NCBI GenBank assembly: GCA_040752575.1
Contig: JBFMGK010000015.1
Coordinates: 15,823-79,822 of the forward strand
Reading direction: 5' to 3'
Length of the DNA: 64,000 bases
From: Candidatus Bipolaricaulota bacterium
GTDB taxonomy: Bacteria > Bipolaricaulota > Bipolaricaulia > UBA7950 > UBA9294
A program made the position numbers and the translations under genes. Positions 47,993 through 56,543 of this stretch are shown here, piece after piece. Each line of letters opens with the position of its first letter. Within the stretch, counting starts at the first letter, position 1. A model generated the notes under the pieces. That model was not told where the DNA came from and searched no databases. It saw only the letters and a program-made list of their open reading frames with translations.

Positions 47993-48985
47993 ATGTCCCT
48001 TCGTCCGATACGCCTGCCCCAGGATCTGATCCCCGCGGCCGACATGCTCATGCAGACGTTCCAGTATCCGGACCACCCGGAGTGGGGCGTCCAATCCGAC
48101 GAGCAGGCGGCTCTGGTCGACTCGATTCGCCGCATGCGCCGCATCTGGCCGATCGTGCGCGCCCTGCAGCTCGTCTCGCCCTCGCTTCGCGACCTCGCGC
48201 GCGGCTTCGTGTTCGAGGAGGGCGGCCGTCTCGTCGGGCTGACGCTCGCCAATCGAGAGGGCTTGACGTCGTGCTGGTACATCGGGACCGTGGGTGTCCT
48301 TCCCGGATTCCGAGGCCGCGGCATCGCGCGGCAGGTCTTGACGGCGACGCTCGAGATGATGCGCAAGCGCCGGGGCGAACGCGTGCGGCTCGGCGTCATC
48401 AACGGCAACACGCCGGCGCAAGCCCTCTACCGATCGCTCGGATTCGCGGACTACGGGGGCTCGACGCGCTACGCGCGCGAAGCCGGGAGCGCGCCGGAGC
48501 CTGGAGCGCTATCCGAGAGGTACGAGGAGACCCCCCTGCGGGAGTTCGATTGGCGGACGCGCTATGAGCTGGACCGTCGGATCGTGCCGGCCGAGCAGCA
48601 AGCCTACGAGCCGATCGTGCCGGCGCGGTATCGGACTCCGGCGCCGATTCGCCTTCTCGCGCCGCTGTTTCGACTTGCTGAGAACACCAAGGACCGCGAC
48701 GTCGTGGTCCGCGATCGAGCAAGCGGCCAGGTGGTCGCGCGCTGCGGCTGGACGTGGCCGAGGACTCCCAAGGGGATGAACTCCGTGCGCGTTCGCGTCG
48801 ACCCGGCGCACGCCGCGCTATCGTCATATCTCGTCCGCCGCGGCCTCGCCGAGGTCACCGCCCGGCGTCCCGAGCTGCGCGTCGACCTGTTTGTGCCAAC
48901 GTGGATGCCGGACGCCGCCCGCGAGGCGGAAGCGCTGGGCTTCACGCGCCGGACGTCGAATCGCCTCATGGGCATGAAGTTGTAG
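47993..48985 (+). CDS. GNAT-family N-acetyltransferase with a C-terminal extension
   Basis: GTVGVLPGFRGRGIARQVL...GNTPAQALYRSLGF is the GNAT motif A region. Confidence 0.65.
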   Translation: MSLRPIRLPQDLIPAADMLMQTFQYPDHPEWGVQSDEQAALVDSIRRMRRIWPIVRALQLVSPSLRDLARGFVFEEGGRLVGLTLANREGLTSCWYIGTVGVLPGFRGRGIARQVLTATLEMMRKRRGERVRLGVINGNTPAQALYRSLGFADYGGSTRYAREAGSAPEPGALSERYEETPLREFDWRTRYELDRRIVPAEQQAYEPIVPARYRTPAPIRLLAPLFRLAENTKDRDVVVRDRASGQVVARCGWTWPRTPKGMNSVRVRVDPAHAALSSYLVRRGLAEVTARRPELRVDLFVPTWMPDAAREAEALGFTRRTSNRLMGMKL

Positions 48986-49028
48986 CCTTCGGTTCGGGAG
49001 TTGCTCCCGCCGTTCGTGGGTCGGTAGA

Positions 49029-49466
49029 GTGTCCACCGCCATGGTGAAGCGCCTCTCGGTGATCGACGTCGACCGCTGCGTGGGCTGTCAGCTCTGCGTC
49101 TTTGCCTGCGCGCGACGCGAGGGGCACGGCGGCACTGCCGGGGCGCGGATCGGCGTCCGCTCGGCGGGCGGAATGCGGCGGGGGTTCGTCGTCGTCGTGT
49201 GCCGGGCGTGCAGCGACCCGCCGTGCGCGCGCGATTGTCCCACCGGTGCGCTCGTTCCCCGCGACGGCGGCGGCGTCCGCTTCCAGAGCGACCTCTGCAC
49301 AAGTTGCGGCGCGTGCCGCGATGCCTGTCCGTTCGGCGCAGTCTTCTGGGACGAGACGACCGGCCGGCCGCTCGTCTGTGTCTATTGCGGCACGTGCGCC
49401 CGTTACTGCCCTCATGATGTTCTCGCGCTCGAGGAGATCGAGGGGAGGTCAGATGTCTCCGAGTGA
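49029..49466 (+). CDS. 4Fe-4S ferredoxin-domain protein (electron-transfer partner of AOR)
   Basis: Four CxxCxxC(xxx)CP-type clusters (CVGCQLCVFAC, CRACSDPPCARDCP, CTSCGACRDACP, CVYCGTCARYCP). Its stop overlaps the AOR start. Confidence 0.8.
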   Translation: MSTAMVKRLSVIDVDRCVGCQLCVFACARREGHGGTAGARIGVRSAGGMRRGFVVVVCRACSDPPCARDCPTGALVPRDGGGVRFQSDLCTSCGACRDACPFGAVFWDETTGRPLVCVYCGTCARYCPHDVLALEEIEGRSDVSE

Positions 49467-51228
49467 TCCGCTCGCCCGCGTCCTCGTCGTCGACCTGACA
49501 CGGCGTCGTTTCGAGATCGCCGAGCGCCGCGACCTGTTCGACGCTTCGCTCGGCGGCGTCGGCGTCGGCATCCGCCTTCTCGACGAGTTGTGCCCGCAGG
49601 GAGCCGACCCGCTCGGACCGGAGAATCCGATCGTCTTGTCGGTCGGCCCGCTCGTCGGGCTCTTCCCGCTCGCGTCGAAGACCGTCGCCACGTTCGCATC
49701 CCCCCACACGGGCAACCTTGGGGAAAGCCACGCCGGAGGGCGGAGCGCGGTCTCGATCCGCATGGCGGGGTACGGCGCGATCGTCCTTACGGGGGCGAGC
49801 GAGCAGCCGGTCTACGTCGTCGTCGAAGGCGATCGCGTCGCGTTCCGCGATGCGACAGCGCTATGGGGTCTGCGCTCGAGTGCGACCGTCGGCCGCGTCC
49901 TGCGCGAGCGCGAAGCTGGGTCGGGGCACCGCTCGATCTTGCGCATCGGCCCCGCCGGCGAGCGCCGCGTCTCCTACGCCTGCGTGATCACCGAGACCTA
50001 TCGGCACTTCGGCCGCCTCGGTCTGGGCGCCGTGTTCGGGAGCAAGAGGCTCAAGGCTCTGGTCATCGCCGGGCAGCGCTCGCTCCCAGTCGCCGATCCT
50101 GTTGCCTATCGCCGCGCGTACGACGCGATCTACCATGCGGCCACGGACTCGCCGATCATGAAGAAGTACCACGAACTCGGCACGCCGGTGAACGTCCTGC
50201 CGCTCAACGAGCTTGGCGCCCTACCAACGCGCAACCTTCGCGAAGGCCGATTCTCAGGCGCGGCCGCGCTGTCGGGCGAAGGGATGGCCGAGCGATTCCT
50301 CGGCCGCCGCCTGGCGTGCAGCCACTGCCCGGTCGCCTGCATCCACCTCGCCGCACTGCGAACGCCGCACCCGAAGGAGCCCTACTTCTACAAGACGACC
50401 ATGATCGGCTACGACTACGAGTTGATCTACGCGCTCGGCAGCCTGCTTGGGGTCGAGCGGCCGGAGGGCATGCTCGAACTCATCGACGAGGTCGAATCAC
50501 AGGGCCTCGACGCGATGTCCGCCGGCGTCGTCTTGGCCTGGGCGACCGAGGCTCGCGAGCGCGGTTTGATCTCCGACGCGGAGCTGGACGGCGTACCTAT
50601 CGCGTGGGGCGATGCGGCCGCCTACGGCGAAGCCGTAAGGCGGATCGTCGCGCAGCCCACCGGCCTGTACCGAGCGCTGGCGCGCGGCGTCGACGCGGCG
50701 GCCGCGGCGTACGGCGGCGCCGACTTCGCGCTCGCCTTCGGGGGCAACGAGATGCCGGGCTATCACACCGGCCCGGCGGGCTATCTGGGGTTTCTCGCCG
50801 GCGCGCGGCACAGCCACCTCGACAACGCCGGCTACGCGATCGATCAGAAGCGCCTCGCGGCCGGCGTCGCCGCGGTCGACGACGGCATCGTCGACGAAAT
50901 CGTGGCGGAAGAAGCCTGGCGCCAGGTTCTGGCGAGTCTCGTGGTGTGCTTCTTCGCGCGGGGCATCTACACGCCCGCCGCGGTGCGCGATGCGCTGGCC
51001 TGCGTCGGCGTCGAGGCCGACGAGGCACGTCTCCGCACGCTCGGCGCCGAGATCTTGGCTCAGAAGTGGGCGTTCAAGCGGCGCCGTGGGTTCGATCCAT
51101 CGGCTCTCGCTCTCCCCGAGAGGATCTTCGAGACCCCATCGCCCTCCGGCGCAATCAGTCGTGCCGGGCTCGAGCGGCTCGTCGCGCTGTTCGCGCGCCG
51201 CGTTCATGACACGACCCACGGCCGGTAG
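49453..51228 (+). CDS. aor: Aldehyde:ferredoxin oxidoreductase (tungsten/molybdopterin AOR family)
   Basis: A 591-aa frame inside the longer 49102..51228 ORF, with RBS GGGGAGGTCAG-ATG. The AFOR N-terminal (LLDE..P.G.DPLGPEN) and C-terminal domains carry the conserved Cys ligands (CSHCPVAC). Confidence 0.8.
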   Translation: MSPSDPLARVLVVDLTRRRFEIAERRDLFDASLGGVGVGIRLLDELCPQGADPLGPENPIVLSVGPLVGLFPLASKTVATFASPHTGNLGESHAGGRSAVSIRMAGYGAIVLTGASEQPVYVVVEGDRVAFRDATALWGLRSSATVGRVLREREAGSGHRSILRIGPAGERRVSYACVITETYRHFGRLGLGAVFGSKRLKALVIAGQRSLPVADPVAYRRAYDAIYHAATDSPIMKKYHELGTPVNVLPLNELGALPTRNLREGRFSGAAALSGEGMAERFLGRRLACSHCPVACIHLAALRTPHPKEPYFYKTTMIGYDYELIYALGSLLGVERPEGMLELIDEVESQGLDAMSAGVVLAWATEARERGLISDAELDGVPIAWGDAAAYGEAVRRIVAQPTGLYRALARGVDAAAAAYGGADFALAFGGNEMPGYHTGPAGYLGFLAGARHSHLDNAGYAIDQKRLAAGVAAVDDGIVDEIVAEEAWRQVLASLVVCFFARGIYTPAAVRDALACVGVEADEARLRTLGAEILAQKWAFKRRRGFDPSALALPERIFETPSPSGAISRAGLERLVALFARRVHDTTHGR

Positions 51229-51260
51229 CACGCCCCGTCTGGCAGCAGTATGATCTCACC

Positions 51261-51482
51261 ATGGTTGTCAAGAAGCCACGAACGGCACCGAAAGCGATCA
51301 TCAAGGCCAAGAAGGCTTCGGCAATGCAGATTCTGAGTTCATTTGGCGTCACTCAGCGTGACAAACGGGCCGCGCAGAAGGCACTTGACAGCGTTGTGGG
51401 CCACCACGAAGCCGCCTCTCGCGGCACGAAGGCCGCGCTCGCCGCGAGTCGCGCCCTTCCGACAAAGAAGACCACGAACTGA
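51261..51482 (+). CDS. Small lysine-rich hypothetical protein (73 aa) in the low-GC insert
   Basis: MVVKKPRTAPKAIIKAKKASA... It lies in a local ~52% GC region, against a ~69% background. No family recognised. Confidence 0.4.
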   Translation: MVVKKPRTAPKAIIKAKKASAMQILSSFGVTQRDKRAAQKALDSVVGHHEAASRGTKAALAASRALPTKKTTN

Positions 51483-51487
51483 ATCTG

Positions 51488-52084
51488 ATGAGTACCCACG
51501 CGCCGCAGGAGGGGAGTGTCTTCTTGAACATCCCCTATGATGCGAGCTATCAGCCCCTCTTCGTCTCTCTTGTCAGCACTCTCATACATCTAGGCCAGCA
51601 GCCCCATTGCGTGCTCGAGATACCAGAGACTGGGCAAGGCAGACTCCAACGGATCGCCAAGCTACTTGAGTCGTGCAGCCTATCGATTCACGACCTGAGT
51701 CGCCAGGGCGTGCCGACGCGGATGAACATGCCGTTCGAGCTGGGCCTTGCGTGGGCGATTCGACTGCGCGATCCCCAACACCAGGTCGTGCTGATGGACT
51801 CGCGACCGCACCGCCTTGATAAGGTCCTCAGCGATTTGAAGGGCCACGACGCCCTCATCCATAACGGCTCGTGCGATGTCCTGATCAACGAGATTCTCGG
51901 GATCACGCAGGACCCGATTCCCACGATCCGTGAGCTTCGCGAGGAGGCGCGTGTGCTCCGGCAGCTCGCGCGGAGCATTGCGGACTCACACGGTACGGGG
52001 ACGATCTTCAAGGCCGCGCCGTTCAGATCCCTCTTGGCCGCCGCGGTGCATCAAGCGGTGGAAAGCGGGCACATCAACCCGTAG
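51488..52084 (+). CDS. Hypothetical protein with a TIR-like (flavodoxin-like, STIR/TIR-type) fold signature, in the low-GC insert
   Basis: The order of motifs resembles TIR domains: N-terminal beta-strand VFLNIPYDASY (compare VFISYSxxD), a helix plus G..P....E, SLSIHDLS, and PFELGLAW (compare the WC.YEL/E box). Local GC is ~55%. The assignment is tentative because it is pattern-based without a profile search. Confidence 0.35.
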   Translation: MSTHAPQEGSVFLNIPYDASYQPLFVSLVSTLIHLGQQPHCVLEIPETGQGRLQRIAKLLESCSLSIHDLSRQGVPTRMNMPFELGLAWAIRLRDPQHQVVLMDSRPHRLDKVLSDLKGHDALIHNGSCDVLINEILGITQDPIPTIRELREEARVLRQLARSIADSHGTGTIFKAAPFRSLLAAAVHQAVESGHINP

Positions 52085-52404
52085 CTGCGGCTCGCTACCC
52101 CTTGTCCGAATGGGATGCGAACCGACGAGTCGCCGCGTCCGCCCCCATCCTGCGAGGATGACGTCTCGGTCGACTCGTCCGGGTCGCCGGCTGCCCGTGG
52201 CGGCCCTCTCTCCAAGCGCTTGTCCTACCAGGCTACAGCTGGGCGCGTCCACGCGAGGACGGCGCCGATCCGGTGCCGAAAACCACGAGGCAACCGCTCT
52301 CTGCAGCCGCCGAGGAAGACGCGAGAGAGGGCACAGGCCCCTTCATCTCGCCACGTCGACATCTTGGAGGGTCGCCCGCTGGCGGGGCATGCCGCGGGCC
52401 GTCG

Positions 52405-53274
52405 TCAGGGTTTCCGACGGAGAGAGCGCCCAAGCAGCGCTTCGACCGCGTCGCGAGTGGGCAGCGACGGCTGTGCGCCGGGCTGGGTTGTCGCGAGCGC
52501 TCCGGCGGCGTTCGCGAAATGAAGTGCCTGCCGCAAGGGCCACTCGCCGAGGGCCACGGCGAGCGCGGCGGTGAATGCGTCGCCAGCCGCGGTCGTATCC
52601 ACCACGCAGACGTCGAACGCTGCGACGTGCACCGTCTCGTCTCCATAGGCGGTGGCTCCTCGCGCCCCCTCTTTCAACACGACGAGGCCGACGCCACGTT
52701 CGAGGAGATGTCGCGCCGCGCGCTCTGGATCGGCAAGCCCCGTGAGCGCTTCGAGTTCGGTCTCGTTGGGCGTCAGGACGTCGACGCGTTCGAGCGGCAG
52801 GGCGAAGACGTCGCCCGCCGGCGCGGGATCGAGCACGACGAGCGGCCGACCGCGCGGCAATCGCTCCAAGAGCCGCGAGACGGCCGCGATCGGAATCTCG
52901 AATTGCACGAGCACGACGTCGGCCGCCGCGAGACGATCGAGGGTGCGTTCGACGTACGCGCCGTCGACCGCACCGTTCGCGCCCGCCACGCACGCGATGG
53001 CGTTCTCACCGGCCGCGTCGACCCAGATCGACGCCGTTCCCGTGGCAACGCCGTCTGCGCGCTCGACGCCCGCCACGTCGACGCCATCGGCGCGCAGCGC
53101 ATCCAGGAGCTCGTCCCCGAACCCGTCGGCCCCGACCTTGCCGAAGAACGCGACGGCAGCGTCCAACCGCGAAGCGGCCACGGCCTGGTTCGCGCCCTTG
53201 CCCCCCGGGTACTGGCACAGCTCGATCCCACGGACGGTCTCGCCCGGTCGCGGCATGCGGGCGACGCGCGTCAC
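52405..53274 (-). CDS. rbsK: Ribokinase (PfkB-family carbohydrate kinase)
   Basis: The N-terminal GGKGANQAVAA motif and C-terminal DTTAAGDAF (anion-hole/catalytic Asp) are typical of ribokinase. Confidence 0.75.
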   Translation of the reverse strand: MTRVARMPRPGETVRGIELCQYPGGKGANQAVAASRLDAAVAFFGKVGADGFGDELLDALRADGVDVAGVERADGVATGTASIWVDAAGENAIACVAGANGAVDGAYVERTLDRLAAADVVLVQFEIPIAAVSRLLERLPRGRPLVVLDPAPAGDVFALPLERVDVLTPNETELEALTGLADPERAARHLLERGVGLVVLKEGARGATAYGDETVHVAAFDVCVVDTTAAGDAFTAALAVALGEWPLRQALHFANAAGALATTQPGAQPSLPTRDAVEALLGRSLRRKP

Positions 53275-53351
53275 GAGGTCGACGTTGGCGCTGCCGAGAA
53301 CCGAGATCGCGGGCCGCGCCCCGGACGTCGAGCGGCCGGCGGAACAAGCGG

Positions 53352-54293
53352 CTATGGAGTCCCGCCTTTCTTGGCCCGCTCCGCGCGGGGCGCCGGCAGA
53401 AGCTCGCGCAGCGCGATGCGTCGGCCGCCGCGCGCGACGGGGGCGAAAGGCGTCGACACGCCCACGATGTCTGCCGTCCGGGCGAACGCGTCAATCGAGA
53501 CGCGGAGCGCCTCGCGCAGCGCGTCCATCGAGATCGCCAGGAGAGTCATCTCGATCGCGGCAACCGCCTCCGGGGGGAGGCTCGTCGCCACGTGGCCCGA
53601 AAGCGAGGCGCAGTAAGCCTCGTGGGTGGTCGACGCTTCGCCCTTGTACGTCGCCCCGCCGCACTTCACGACGTTCGTCGCGCCGCCGGGCGCGTGGAGG
53701 ACTGCCGCGCCGGGCGCGAGGCGCAGCACATCGGCCGCCGCCTCGCTCGCGCCGGCCAGGCATGCGGCCTCGCTGCGTCCGAAGGCTACCAGCGCGCCGT
53801 CGACACCGGCCACGACGCGAGTCCGGCGCTCCAAGCGTTGATCGCTCACCGACAGAGGAAGACGGATCAGTTCGCGCTCGCCGCTGGTCTCTTTGATTTC
53901 GTGACCATCCCCCCAGCGCGCAAGGCGCGCGGCCAGGTCGACGACCCACTCAATCGGCGCCGCCCGACCCGCGTCGAACAGCGAACAGGTTAGCAGAAGC
54001 GGCGCAAGGTCCAGTCGATCCAGGAGGGCAACCTTGAACGCGTCGAGGCCGGACGCTGTCGGACCGCTGAACAATAGCGTCATGCCCGGGCGTCCGTCCG
54101 GAGTCGATGCCGCCGGCGCCGGGCTCTCGAGGCCACCGCGCAACGCACTGCCGGGAGCGAGCGCGACAGCGGCAAGGAAGCCTGCCGCGGCGAGTGCCAG
54201 AGCTTCGGTCGACGCCGTGAGCGTGAGCCGCGCGACATAGGTGTCGACGACCTCGCAGAACGTATCGTCAATCGACAATCCCTGATAGCGCAT
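53352..54293 (-). CDS. ftr: Formylmethanofuran:tetrahydromethanopterin N-formyltransferase homolog (Ftr/FhcD family)
   Basis: From memory, the N-terminal IDDTFCEV...ARL.LTAST (compare Ftr IEDTFAEAF...RVLVTAAT) and ASTPDGRPG (compare ETPDGRPG) blocks match Ftr. The 313-aa length fits. Confidence 0.6.
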   Translation of the reverse strand: MRYQGLSIDDTFCEVVDTYVARLTLTASTEALALAAAGFLAAVALAPGSALRGGLESPAPAASTPDGRPGMTLLFSGPTASGLDAFKVALLDRLDLAPLLLTCSLFDAGRAAPIEWVVDLAARLARWGDGHEIKETSGERELIRLPLSVSDQRLERRTRVVAGVDGALVAFGRSEAACLAGASEAAADVLRLAPGAAVLHAPGGATNVVKCGGATYKGEASTTHEAYCASLSGHVATSLPPEAVAAIEMTLLAISMDALREALRVSIDAFARTADIVGVSTPFAPVARGGRRIALRELLPAPRAERAKKGGTP

Positions 54294-54360
54294 CGCACCT
54301 CCGTTACGGTCGAGGTTAGCACCCGCGATGCGAGCGGTCTAGCCTGCGTTACTCTGGGGA

Positions 54361-55719
54361 TTACGGCGCGACGACCCTGTGCAGAGCGCCGGGCGCCGTG
54401 CCGTTGGGATCGGCCACCCATAGGAACTGCCCATCGTAGGCCAGGTCGGCCGGCTCCAGCCCCGGCGCCGCGGTTGTGTCGAGAACGACGCCCGTCCAGG
54501 GGTTCACTTTGGCCAGCACGGGCCCGGCGGTGACCCAGAGCGCGCCCCCGGCCCAAGCGAGTCCCGTCGGCGCCACGGCGACGATTCCGCGGGGGGCCAG
54601 GTCCGTCGGTCCGACGGCCGGCGCGGCGAACGATCCTTGGACGGCGCCGGTCATCGGGTCAACCCGAAACACGCGACCTCGGACGAGGTCGCTCACCCAG
54701 AGCGACCCTCCTCCAAAAGCGAGCCCGAACGGCGTGAACTCCTCGCTGTCGAGGACGCCCTGGACGTGATTCGGATCCGTCGTCGGGAGATCGGGATGGA
54801 GCTTGTAGATGCGCCCGTCCGATGCACAGGCGACCCAGAGGGATCCTTGCCCTAGGGCGAGTCCCGCCGGCACGCCGACGGGATTGGGCACGGGGATGAT
54901 GCTCTTGGCGTCGGCCGACGGGACGGCCGAACTGCCCGGCGCGTCGAACGACGAGAGCACGTACCCGTCCGCGGGGCGGACCTTGTAGATCCGGCGTGTG
55001 GATGCGTCGCTGATCCACAGCCACGCCCCGTCGTACGCAAGGCCGGTCGGATCCGGCCCCGGGGCGGAAAGCGTCGCCACGATGCCCTCGACAACGATCT
55101 GACGCCAGGCGCTGCCGACCGCTCCGTCGTCGTCGACGACGTGCAGCGTGGCGGTGCGGACGCCGGCGGAGGCGTAGACGTGAGCCACCGGCAGGCTGAG
55201 GTCCTGGCCGACGACGGGCGTCGAGCCGTCGCCGAAGTCCAGGCTGTACGACACAATGGTTCCCGACGGGACGGGGATCAGCGATGCGGGGTCCTGCGAC
55301 GCCGAGAGGTCAAAGATCACGGACAGCGGCGCAGAGCCGCGGACCGGCGTCACCGCGAACTCGGCGACGGGCGGCGGGTTCGTCGCGTAGAGGACGAGCG
55401 TCGCGCGATCGGAACGACCGTCGTTCGTGTAGACGGTCAGCGTCACGAGGTAGGCTCCGTGCTCGGTGTACGTGTGGGTCGGCGCGACGGCCGTGGACGT
55501 GTTGGCTTCGCCGCTTCCGGGATCGCCGAAGTCCCACGCCACCGCGTCGACGCGACCGGCCGACCCGGCGCTCGAGAAGCGAACGGTGAACGGGATCGGT
55601 CCCGTTTCGGCCCCAAGAATCGCGATACGCGCGTCGAGCGGCAGGAGCCGCGCGCAGCCGAACAAGAGACCCAAGCACCACCCCATCACGACCACAACGA
55701 CGGCAACTCGCGCCTTCAT
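54361..55719 (-). CDS. Secreted protein with two PKD domains and a C-terminal NHL/beta-propeller-like repeat region
   Basis: RBS GGAGG before MKARVAVVVVVMGW (signal). Two roughly 90-aa PKD-like units (FDFGDGS, DFGDGS), followed by repeated LAYDG.WLWISD / LAFGGGSLWVSD blades. Confidence 0.6.
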   Translation of the reverse strand: MKARVAVVVVVMGWCLGLLFGCARLLPLDARIAILGAETGPIPFTVRFSSAGSAGRVDAVAWDFGDPGSGEANTSTAVAPTHTYTEHGAYLVTLTVYTNDGRSDRATLVLYATNPPPVAEFAVTPVRGSAPLSVIFDLSASQDPASLIPVPSGTIVSYSLDFGDGSTPVVGQDLSLPVAHVYASAGVRTATLHVVDDDGAVGSAWRQIVVEGIVATLSAPGPDPTGLAYDGAWLWISDASTRRIYKVRPADGYVLSSFDAPGSSAVPSADAKSIIPVPNPVGVPAGLALGQGSLWVACASDGRIYKLHPDLPTTDPNHVQGVLDSEEFTPFGLAFGGGSLWVSDLVRGRVFRVDPMTGAVQGSFAAPAVGPTDLAPRGIVAVAPTGLAWAGGALWVTAGPVLAKVNPWTGVVLDTTAAPGLEPADLAYDGQFLWVADPNGTAPGALHRVVAP

Positions 55720-55787
55720 CTCACGACCTCCTCTCGGCGGCTCCCCGCCGGCAGTCAATGTACAACTGAAGTGCGCCTTGGGTCTCG

Positions 55788-56543
55788 TCACGAGGTCGCG
55801 CGACCGGTCTCGAGCCACGTCGCCCAGTCAGGAAACCCGTTGGCGCGGGCTTCGGCGGCCGCCGCGCGTGCGTCGTAGGCGACGGCGACGAGCTCGGTCG
55901 TCCAACCCTGGCTCGTCGGCCAGAGAACGGCGAAGCGCGCGTCGGGCGACGCGTTCTCGACCGCGTGGGGCTCGGGAACGTCGTCGACGTACGCCGGGCA
56001 GCCGACGCTTCCCGGGTTCACGACGAGAACTCCGCACGGCGTCTCGACAGCCGCCGGGGTGTGGTCGTGACCGCAAACGACGACGCGAGTCTCGACGCCG
56101 GCCAGCAGGGCGTCCACCTCGGCGCCGGGGCGAGGCGCGAGCCGGCCGTCGGCGACGCGGGACAAGAGATAGACCGTGTCGTCGTGCGGCGCCCCGTGGA
56201 AGAGCGTGATGCCGTCGAGCGACGCGCGTTGAGGCAGCGAGGCCAGCCACTGTACGTGAGCCGGCGCGAGGCGATCGCACGTGAACCGCGCCGTTCGCGA
56301 CGCCGGGCGGCCGGCGGCGGCCTCGACGAGGACTCGGTCTTCGTTGCCCGAGACGCTGACCACGGCGATCGACGGCAGGCGGTCGGCGACCGGCCGCGGA
56401 TCGAACGGACCGTACAGCGCGTCGCCGAGGTTGGCGATCGTCCGGATCCCGCGGCGCTCGATCTCCCGAAGGACGGCGTCGAGCGCGCGAGCGTTGCCGT
56501 GAACGTCCGCCAAGACGGCGATCGGAACGCGCGTCGCGCTCAT
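55788..56543 (-). CDS. Calcineurin-like metallophosphoesterase
   Basis: IAVLADVHGN, NLGDALYGP and VVCGHDH motifs. The 251-aa frame overlaps the aminotransferase stop by 4 nt. Confidence 0.7.
   Translation of the reverse strand: MSATRVPIAVLADVHGNARALDAVLREIERRGIRTIANLGDALYGPFDPRPVADRLPSIAVVSVSGNEDRVLVEAAAGRPASRTARFTCDRLAPAHVQWLASLPQRASLDGITLFHGAPHDDTVYLLSRVADGRLAPRPGAEVDALLAGVETRVVVCGHDHTPAAVETPCGVLVVNPGSVGCPAYVDDVPEPHAVENASPDARFAVLWPTSQGWTTELVAVAYDARAAAAEARANGFPDWATWLETGRATS

Noticed and set aside
52085-52404. Short ORFs and a 9-10-bp inverted repeat (CCGACGAGTCG...CGACTCGTCCGG) in the convergent gap after the TIR-like gene
   Set aside because: GC returns to the ~69% background, the ORFs have no RBS or motifs, and the inverted repeat has a roughly 40-nt loop. 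This is not convincing as a terminator or a third cassette gene.
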